This document shows positions 54,936-64,000 of a stretch of 64,000 bases of DNA, in pieces. The notes under the pieces are model-generated. The model had not been told where the DNA came from and searched no databases. It saw nothing but the letters and a program-made list of their open reading frames with translations. The DNA is from Paragordius varius (taxonomy: Eukaryota; Animalia; Nematomorpha), in contig OZ176053.1 in assembly GCA_964247055.1 (NCBI GenBank), positions 2,728,001 through 2,792,000 of the forward strand, written 5' to 3'. How positions within the stretch are numbered: the first letter of the stretch is position 1; each line of letters begins with the position of its first letter. Position numbers and translations under genes: made by a program.

Positions 54936-55039
54936 TCAGGATAATTTTTTAACTGTGTAATATCATACCGATGGTGTAAAAACAGGCCAAATATGTTTTA
55001 ATTTAGTATTGCGTCAAAGTTTAAAATATCTAGTCACGT
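53780..55039 (+). mobile_element. Non-autonomous TIR element with ATGTGAC ends and TA flanks (copy 1)
   Basis: TA|ATGTGACCAGATA ... TATCTAGTCACGT|TA; diverged direct repeat of 60095-61628. Confidence 0.72.
54901..54932. repeat. (TA)16 microsatellite inside the ATGTGAC element
   Basis: Directly visible; a shorter TA run lies at the homologous site of copy 2 (about 61500). Confidence 0.95.
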
Positions 55040-56398
55040 TAGTGTTGAAGTACTTTCTCGAATATTCCATGAGACGATGGTATCAAAAAGGATTCCAAAT
55101 ATTTGCTCTATAAAGGCAAAGAATTTAACTCAGGCCTTATTCCATATGATAGGGGTCTACCGGTTTTAAACTGAGACGCCATATGAAATGGCGTGGTTTT
55201 GGAGTTTTTCAAAAAGCCTAAGAAGCCATACGCGTTCAGTTAAACACATTTCTAAGGAATTAATGTAATATCATTCTTTCCTTTAGACACCACAGATGAT
55301 TTACTTTTTTCCCTTAATCTTAGCTGTGTCAACACAATTTCAAAATAAAACTTTTACCATGATTTCGTAAAACGAAAATCTTTAAATCAGTGATACTCAA
55401 ACCGCGGGCCGCATGCGGCCCTAAGAGTGCTTTAAAATTGCCCTATGACCATATTGATAGTTAAATTATTTTTTTTATTGATGAATTTTTAAAATACACA
55501 TAAACGAATTTTCGCTTATTTTAATATTAATTTATTTTCTTTAGATCTATTTAGTAATTTCTATTTTTTACCCAATTTGGTAGAAAATTTCCCTGCATAA
55601 AATGATCTAAAAATTTAGGCACACGTTGTCTCTGTTTCTGTATTCTATTTTATTCTATTTTGAAATTTTTATTGGATTCCTTTTTTGTATTTAGGCAAGC
55701 TTTTCACCCAAACTTGCATATACATATTCTTTTCATTGCTATCCTGCATTTTATAACTCCCATAAAATATTTTTTAAATCAACATCATTAAATTTTTACC
55801 TATTTTTTATAGAAAAATTCAAATTATATTCCTATTTTTTGCAAAAATTTACATAATATTTAAATATATATTCAAAGGATGACTAATGCTAAAAAACGTA
55901 AATTATCCGATAATCGCTTTTAAAAAAATGGGATGAAAAATTCTTTGTCGTTTTTAAAAATGTTGATACCTGCCTTATATGCAAGGACAACCTAATTATA
56001 AAAAAATACAATATTGAAAGACATTTTACAATCCATCATTCTCATAAATTACCAGAAAATTATGAGGAAAGAAACGAAAAAAATAAAAAATTAAGGAATT
56101 ATAACTAAGGTGACCAGACGTCCCGCTTTTGGCGGGACAGTCCCGCTTTTTCACACTTTGTCCCGCCTCCCGCTACGTTTATAAGATGTCCCGCTTTTTC
56201 ATGATTATATAAAAAAAAATTTTTTTTAATACAAATAATTTTTTTTTTTGATACAAATAAATTTTTTTTATTTTAAATTAAAATTTTTTATTTTTAAATT
56301 AAAAATATTTATTTTTTTCCAATTTATATCATATAATTATACACTTTCCTTCCTGCTACTACTGTCATTAATATCAAAAAGCCAAGTTATACTAGATC

Positions 56399-56634
56399 AA
56401 AAGACAAATTGATACCATAAATCGATACCTTACACGCTTTTTCCAGAAAATTAAGGTAATATAACATTTATTATACTAATATTTAGTTTTAATACTTGCC
56501 AACATTATAAAAAATTTAAATTAATACTACAAATCGGTAGCTTAAAAGACAAATTGATACTACAAATCGATACCTTACACGCTTTTTCCAGAAATTAAGG
56601 TAATATAACATTTATTATACTAATATTTAGTTTA
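56399..56634 (+). repeat. Tandem duplication of a unit of about 90 bp immediately upstream of the transposase ATG
   Basis: AAAAGACAAATTGATAC..AAATCGATACCTTACACGCTTTTTCCAGAAA(A)TTAAGGTAATATAACATTTATTATACTAATATTTAGTTTT at about 56399 and 56544. Confidence 0.85.
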
Positions 56635-56639
56635 TAAAT

Positions 56640-58509
56640 ATGAACACAAAAAGAGGCTGTAAATTCAATGATGAATTAATGAAAGATTTTCCTTTCATTA
56701 AAAAAACGAAGAATGAATCGTCTGTTAAATGTCTTATATGCGATGGGGAATTCACCCTGGCACATGGCGGCAAACATGACATTACAAAGTATATTGATAC
56801 ACAGAAACATCAAAAATGTTTAATTATAACGGCATCATCTCACAAGATGAGCGATTTTTTTCGAAAAACCGCTTTTGGAGAGGAAGAAAAGAATTTAGCA
56901 CTTGCTGAGGGCCTGTTTTCCTTTCACGCCTTGAGTCATTGCCATTCATTTCGTTCAATGGATTGTAGCTCACAGGTTATTCGCACGTTATTCAATAAAA
57001 AATTTTCATGTGCCCGTACAAAGGCTGAAGCCATTGTATGCAAGGTTTCGCCACATGCTTTTTCTGAAATACAAAAAGATTTGCTAAAAATTAATTTCTT
57101 TTCCCTATACTCTGATGCTTCAAATCACCATGAAACAAAATTATTTCCTACTTTGATAAGATATTTTGATTCAGAAACCGGAGTAAATTAAAATTTTAGA
57201 TTTAATTTCCCTACCCGGTGAAAATTCTGAAATAATATTTACTTCAATAATGCATATTCTAGAAAAAAATAATTTAAAAGACAAAATTATCGCATATTGC
57301 GCTGACAACATCAATACGAACTTTGGTGGAAAAGCAAGGAGGGGAACAAAAAATATTTTTCATAAATTAACAGATAATCTTAATCAAAACATTATTGGCG
57401 TAGGGTGTGCAGCGCATATAATACACAACGCTATTCAAACAGCTGCAGATTTGTTACCCTTAGATGTGGAAAATGTAGTTGTTAAAATATATTCCCATTT
57501 TTATATATACACGGTACGTGTTGAAACGCTTAAAGAATTCTGTGAAAATGCAGAAGTGCAATATCAAAAAATGCTTGGATATAGTAAAACTCGTTGGTTA
57601 GCTTTTATGCCAGCTATCGAAAGAATTTTAAAAATGTATGATCCTTTAAAATCTTTTTTTTATCACAGGATAAATGTCCTACAACTTTAAAAAATTTTTT
57701 TGAAAGTGATTCTTCAAAAATATGGTTAGAATTCTTACATAATCAAGCTTCTCTCTTTCAAAATGTTATTAAATTTATTGAAGGTGACAAAATTTCGGCA
57801 GTCGAAGTAGCCAATGAAGTTAGTAACCTGAAATTCCAATGTCAAGAACGGTTAGAAAATAGATTTATTCCATTAACCATCCGCAATACAATAAATAATT
57901 AGAAAAACAAGGCTTAATAAATCGCCAAGATATCCTGTACCATATAAAAATGTTTTATACAAACTGTAAAGATTATTTGGAAGACTGGACGACGCAATTC
58001 AATGAAATTGATCATTTTCATTGGATAACATTAAAATCAGAATTTAATTGGTGCGATGTTCAAAAATCATAAGATTATATCTGCTCCCAAAAAATTTCTA
58101 AAAATTGATCTTTCAGAAAATGATCTTTTTTCTGAAGTATCATTAGTTAAAAGATATATTAATAATGAAAAACTTAAATTATGGACAAAAAAAATATATA
58201 GTAGAAAAGAAATGGTTGGAAATATTTCATCATTTTGAAGCCAACTATATTACATACAATAATATTTTAAAAATTGTGGAATTCGCACTATCTTTACCTG
58301 GAACCAACGCTGCTACTGAGCGCGTTTTTTCCACAGTAAATCAGGTGTGGACATCGGAAAAATCAAATTTAAATGTTGAAACTTTGAAGGCCGTTTTATC
58401 TGTCAAATATAATTTGACAAATTCTTGTGAAGATTTCTACAATATTTTAAAAAATGATGACAATCTGCTAAAACGCATTCACTCAAACCAAAAATATACC
58501 AAAGAATAA
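56640..58509 (+). pseudogene. Blackjack hAT transposase with several frameshifts and a nonsense codon
   Basis: BED finger (CLICDGEF..H), SDASNH, YCADNINTNFGG, GCAAHIIHNA, KTRWL, SLPGTNAATERVFS; split over ORFs 56640-57191, 57250-57690, 58056-58238, 58165-58509. Confidence 0.88.
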
Positions 58510-58550
58510 ATTTCTTTAAAGTTTTTGTGTTAAAAAACATAATTACCTAA

Positions 58551-59347
58551 AATATTGTATAAGTCTTCATAATTTGTCAAATTATATTTGAACACCTAAA
58601 ATGGCTTTTATTCAACATTTAAATTTGATTCCGTGTCCTAACTTAATTTACTGTGGAAAAACGCGTTCAATAGCAGTGGTTCAGGTAAAGATAATGCAAA
58701 TTCTACAATTAAAATATTATTGTATGGAACATAATTTTTTTAAAAATGATTATTTTAACCTATCCTACGTATTTTTTCTGTTGTTTATAATATAAGCTTT
58801 CATTCAATATATTTATTTAATAATGAGACTTAAAAAGTGTCATTGTGCACCGTTTTGTCTTCCAAATAATCGTTTCTGTTTGTATAAAACATTTTTATAT
58901 TCTGGCTATTCATTGAGCCTTTTTTTTCTGGATGCTTTATGATATTGCGATTAAGTAATGGTATAAAATTATTTTCTAATTTTGACCTTTGTCCTGTGAT
59001 AAAAATTAGGAATCTAGGAGATCACATTTTTATAAATATTTCAATTGCTGGCAAAAGAGTTAACCAACAGTTCTGCAATATCCAAGCATTTTAACATCTA
59101 TATTTTCCACATCCAGGGGCAAATCAGTAGCTGTTTGAATAGCGTTGTGTATCTGCCAATAATGTTTTGATTAAGATTATTCGCTAAATTGTTAAAAATA
59201 TTTTTTGTGCCGCTTCTTGCATGACCCAGCGCACTTTGTGATGATTTCGTCTTTATTATTTTTTTCTAGAATATTACAATCACTTCACCCTTTGTTCGTG
59301 CACATGTAAATTTATTGAATAAGGTACAAACAACCTGTGAGGTACAA
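58551..59347 (-). repeat. Condensed, diverged antisense copy of the element's own transposase gene
   Basis: Reverse complement aligns in order to sense segments about 58356-58445, 58272-58340, 57851-58020, 57572-57655, 57420-57490, 57254-57398 and 56963-57038, with many deletions. Confidence 0.85.
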
Positions 59348-60094
59348 ATTTTTTTATATTTATAATCTATTTGTGTTAAAAATAAATAAATATTACAATA
59401 AATTTTTTGTATAAAAATTTTTGGTTGTACCCCCCAATGACCCCCCCCCTCAGATTTGTCCCGCTTTTTCCTTCAAAAAATCTGGTCACCTTAATTATAC
59501 CAGAAAGAAAATCTATTATTTTTATAGCTTTCTCCCAGGAAAAGCTGTAACATTAGCTTCGTATGAAATTTGTTGTATTTAAGGAAAAAATATGAACCCG
59601 TCACTTGATTCCCAACTAATAAAGTGAGAGCACTTTCTTAAGAGTATAAATATGTGCATATGTGTCAAATAGCTATGGAATATTTGCCATTATAAGATTC
59701 TGGCCCTCGAAAAAAATATATATTTTATTTAGCCCCTCAAATTTTTTTTGTGAGTACCACCTTTAAATAAATCCAACGATAGTTGAATATTTTTAATAAA
59801 GGACAGTTTAATTATGATCAATTTCGAGTCCCGTAAACGAATAATTAAAGACATTCTTTTTATTTACTATATTTCTTATTTTTTTATCTTCATTACATCT
59901 ATATATTGAATAATTAAGAATAATTATCGGTAAGACTCGTCACAGCGAAGCGTAACAGGGCCACAGTATTGATATAAACAGAAAAAGTCGTATATTCATC
60001 ATTTTTATATATGGCTTATGCACACATGTTTAATTTGCTAAATTAATACCTTTGGGTTTTACCTCTTAATAGGTAATAATATCAAGCATTAATA

Positions 60095-61628
60095 ATGTGA
60101 CCAAATAGGCTGTTTTTCGCAGTACAGTACTGGGTTTTAAGAAAAAACTGCGACTGTACTGCGCTCACTTTTGTACTGCTTTTTGAAATTAAAAAAATTT
60201 AATTTTTTATAAATATATAACCTTTTAATTATTCAAAAAAATTATTTTAGAATATAATATAGTGTAAAAATAACTCCTTAATTTGTAGAGAAATGGTTCA
60301 TTTTTCGGTAAAAAACTAAGATTGGCCTATTTTTAATTGGTTCATATTTTATTTTCTGCTCGAATTATACATATTGGGCGGATCGGTCAAACCGCTTAGG
60401 ATTGCACCCTTTCGTGCAGTGGATAAACTATAAATCTCCCACTCCACCGTAAGATTCAGGCTGGCTTCCGCAAAAAGAGGTGCCTCAAAACTTATAATTA
60501 ACAAAAAATATAAGATATTTTAAATGTTGAATCAGGTTCAGAAACTTCATTCGTTATAATTATCAAACCGAAAATTTCATAGAAAATTTTTATTCCCGTA
60601 ACATATAATATATAATTTATTTATGGCATATGATTTCAAAATAACCTTTTTTCGTATTAAAAAAATTAAGAGTTTTACGTTTTCTATACTCATTAGGTGG
60701 GAGGTATGATATTTCTTAATTTTTTTTCCAAAACTTTTTATTAGTTTTCTTATTTTTTGCATAAACAAATTTGAGATATTTTGTTGAAGCCTACTTCTAA
60801 AGATCTTTAAGCTTGATGGAAACGGTATAACGCTTTAAGATATAATAAAGCCCTTTTTCTAAATAATTCGATGATGTTGAACATTGAGAATTTTAATAGG
60901 TTTGTTTGCTTGCAAATTTTGATGAATTTTTGTAAAAAATAGTTATTTTAAAACTAACCAATATTTTAATCAAAATTCTGATTGAAAAATTAATTATCAA
61001 ATTATATATATATATATATATATATGTTATAACATCTCAACCGTTTATATCGTTTCCATCATGTTCAAAATAGTATGAAGTATGCTTCAATAAAATTTTC
61101 TGAAAATTAAATTTTTGAAAGTATCATTTCTTAAAAAAATATTTAGGTGATATCAAAATTTTGCATATATTTAAAATTATTGCACAATGTCGGAATTTTG
61201 CGTTTATGAGAACTGTCCATTTAAAAAGAGCCAAAAAAATTTTCAGAGCTCAAATCTAAAAATTTAAAATTTTTAAAAATATTGTTTTGCTTTTTATATG
61301 TAGTTTATGTTATATTTTATTGATATTTTTTAAAATAAAGCATTCAGTTTTCACCAAAAAATATATTTGCAAAAATTGCGCACCTTTTGCTATTTTATAC
61401 GGAGCACTTACCACAAAATTATAAATAACTTTCTTTCATAACTCGTAAAGGTTAAACCAAAATCACCATAATAATACTGTTATTTTCCTATCAGAATGTG
61501 TATATATATATATTTCATCAGGGTATATTTTTGTGGAAACTGTGTAATATACCACATCGTTGGTGTAAAAAGAGGCGAAGTATATTTTAATTTTGTACTG
61601 CGTCAAAGTTCAAAATATCTAGTCACAT
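60095..61628 (+). mobile_element. Non-autonomous TIR element with ATGTGAC ends and TA flanks (copy 2)
   Basis: TA|ATGTGACCAAATA ... TATCTAGTCACAT|TA; colinear with 53780-55039. Confidence 0.72.
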
Positions 61629-61639
61629 TATTATACATC

Positions 61640-62395
61640 TACCAGATTCTTTCTTAACAGTATCCAGCCATCTTAACATCGGTCTTTCTTTTTTTCTTTT
61701 CCCTTCAACTTTTCCAAAACTGCTTCTCAATAGTAGTACTTTTTAAAATGTGAACAATGTACGTGAACTTTCTTTCTATTTAAGCTTTTATTAAGCGACT
61801 CTCAATATTTAATTTTCCTCTTGTTTCATTCTAAACCTTGTCAGACCAATTAATATTCAACATTATTTTCTCACATCACATTTCAAATGCTGCAATCCTG
61901 TTTTATCATTCTGTTTAAGTGTCCAACACGGCAGCATAAGTCGCTACCGGAAAACCCATGCATTTCATTACTTTCATTTTAGTTTTCATAGTGACATCTT
62001 TACTTTTCCATAATTTAGTCAACTTGTTGGCAGCTGACTTCCCTTATGGTAATGATATGCAGCGTTTTATATCTGGCGTGAGGAGCCGTTGATATCTATT
62101 GGAGAGTCTTAAAATAGTATTTCATTTACTACTTCTGCTGAGTCGTCTATGGTTATATTAGGTTTGTTTTTTAATAAACTTATAACTTTGGTCTCTAAGG
62201 ATTGAGGTTCAATCTATATCTTTTAGTTTCTTCTCTTACTAACCTTATCATATTTAAATTTTCTACATTATCTGCGATTAGGGCGTCCTCTGCGAATGTT
62301 AGATTGTTAATCTTTCTCCCTCCTATCCTTTGGCTCTCTTTTCTCATGGTCATTTGAACAAATATTAAACAAGTATGGTGAGGGGATCAATTGAA
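61640..62395 (-). pseudogene. Old, 5'-truncated RTE (BovB-like) RT relic
   Basis: Minus-strand degenerate SPYLFN..IGGRKINNLTFAED..LNP.ETKV..GFPVATYAA..RIAAFEM..LRWLD; many stops and frameshifts. Confidence 0.7.
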
Positions 62396-62419
62396 ACTAG
62401 ATTTCTAGATGATTTTCAA

Positions 62420-62615
62420 AGGGCATAATTTTTATATTACCATCTATTAATGGCCGCAAAAATTATTTATCTTGTCCTAAGGGCTGTGCACAATACCGAT
62501 AAAAATTCCATAGCTGCTTGACACATTTGCAGATATATGTGCTCAAAATATGTGTATCAAAAAATTAATAAATAATTAAGGACCATCATTTTAAGGGCAC
62601 CGGTTTAGTACCACT
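62420..62615 (-). mobile_element. hAT terminal fragment related to 11450-11627
   Basis: Shared ACACATTTGCAGATAT..GCTCAAAATA.. and terminal TTTAGTACCACT. Confidence 0.5.
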
Positions 62616-64000
62616 CATCTAAGGCATTTTCTCAATTATTTTTATCACTTAAATTATTTCAGATAAATTTACCCAAGATTAGGTTGTTTTGGGACATCAA
62701 TGGTATTTAATTAATTTTATAAAAAAATGCTAATAATTTTTTATCAGTTTTATTGATTGACAAAACATAAAAATACATTTGCGATTGTAAGTCACTTATA
62801 GTACGGAAATTGAAACGTAACGAAATTACCAAAAACATGAACAATATTTATGTATTAGTTACACATTACATATGGGTGTTATGTTATCTCTACATGTGTT
62901 TATAAATTTTTTTTCGTTAGAGGCGAGCTAAATTCTAGTACGTTGACATTCAAATTTTGTTATTAATTTTATACATTTTTTATTGCTTTTTTACATTTTT
63001 TTTCCTATGCTCCATGATTGTTTACGTGTTCGCCTTCCCTTCTTTTTTACATTATATGTATTTTGGATATTTTTGTAATGTTAAAAAATGTATGTTTGAC
63101 TCATACATATGTATACACCATTTTGTTTACAGATCTTTTTATATACAATTGGATATACGGAGGTTAGTAGTAGCTAGAAAATAATTTTTAAAAAAATTCT
63201 AAACAAAGAGAAAACGAAAACAAAAGAAAGGTGTATGGTACATAACAACTAACTTCCATTAGATACACTACCCATATCCAAAATGCTATGTAAAAATATT
63301 ATAAAATAATGAAATTCGTTTCCCTATTCATAATAACGAATGTGCTTTGCTATGATAGCCAGATTATATTTTTGTTAAACATTATTTTTTTAATCTTTTT
63401 ATTCTTTTTTATACTTATTAATGAATTTTACGATTAGGATATGTAGTTACAAGGGCAGTAGTTGGAGCCAGCAGTAATTTCAAATTTATACATCACGTTT
63501 TTAATTTTATATTACAAAGTAGTAATGTGCTCATTTTTAAATATTTTGTAATATGGGGTATTTTATCTCCTCTTTTTATCCCTAAAAAATGTTTATTGTA
63601 AAATGTATAAAGGAAAAAAGAAATCGATACGGACAAAATTATGTTTGCTGTAATGTGCTTACAATTTTTGGGTTGTGCTTTTTCATGTGTCCCAAAAACC
63701 ACTTATTTTTGTCATTGTCATATCTACATATACAGCATACTTTTATCCTTGACCATGAATTAAAATGTCTCATCATCCATTGTATGGTACATATTTCTAC
63801 TCTACATCGATTGTAAATTTTGTTTGCATATTTTTTATCTGCATCTTCGCAACTATTTAACTCTTAACCCATTAAGTTAATTTTTAAAAACCCATTATTA
63901 TACGTCATAATGAATCCGCAATTTTGGTTAATCAACCGTATTTACATAAATGTAAAACCTCATTAGTCAAATTTATTCATGGCTACTGTGCATTGTTGTT

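Larger units (their letters stand above)
56106..59493 (+). mobile_element. hAT Blackjack-type transposon
   Basis: TIR TAAGGTGACCAGA / TCTGGTCACCTTA, GTCCCGC subterminal repeats at both ends, TSD ATTATAAC / ATTATACC; the empty site is visible in the sister Buster copy at about 7261. Confidence 0.9.
55388..59760 (+). mobile_element. Internally deleted Buster/Charlie hAT (same family as 6103-9830)
   Basis: CAGTGATACTCAAACC start, TGAGTACCAC end, TSD CTTTAAAT (55380-55387, 59761-59768); transposase N-terminal remnant MTNAKKRKL.. at about 55879. Confidence 0.82.
55050..59966 (+). mobile_element. 5'-truncated Helitron (same family as 11848-13115) interrupted by a Buster hAT
   Basis: 55050-55387 matches about 12550-12885 and 59761-59966 matches about 12885-13115, ending GTCACAGCGAAGCGTAACAGGGCCACAG|T. 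Confidence 0.72.

Noticed and set aside
62620-64000. Short ORFs at 62957, 63493 and 63589
   Set aside because: Low-complexity AT-rich translations with no motifs or consistent splice structure.

Overview
Very AT-rich animal (metazoan) nuclear DNA read in the standard genetic code; no prokaryotic features, CRISPR array, rRNA or convincing tRNA. By manual exon walking I reconstruct five complete host genes: RFC2 (+, 180-2747, 10 exons), SSR3/TRAP-gamma (-, 5880-4901), a BTB-BACK protein with a Zn-ribbon and basic tail but no Kelch repeats (-, 17912-13474, about 782 aa), a secreted CAP/CRISP protein with a C-terminal ShKT-like domain (+, 19121-21637, 253 aa), and a 44-exon CAD gene (-, 52724-22556, about 2774 aa, roughly 550 aa longer than human CAD because of many low-complexity inserts). 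A probable first exon of a divergent gene lies at 97-1. Introns are bimodal: 23-31 nt micro-introns at gene 5' ends, and TE-inflated introns of 64 nt to 4.9 kb elsewhere. This pattern suggests a compact, possibly parasitic invertebrate (myxozoan-, dicyemid- or orthonectid-like; this is inference, not an identification). Intergenic regions are nested transposon stacks (hAT Buster/Charlie, hAT Blackjack, Helitron, piggyBac-like and TA-TSD MITEs, RTE LINEs). Most notable: (1) a near full-length RTE LINE in CAD intron 3 that begins with a P4-less HDV-like self-cleaving ribozyme fold and has a PHD finger inside its RT; (2) a hAT Blackjack element that carries, between its own TIRs, a condensed antisense copy of most of its own transposase gene, i.e. 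a possible built-in hairpin/self-silencing design; (3) a hAT MITE that has captured a whole Helitron and moved as a composite. All coordinates and identities were read by eye; no searches or folding programs were run.
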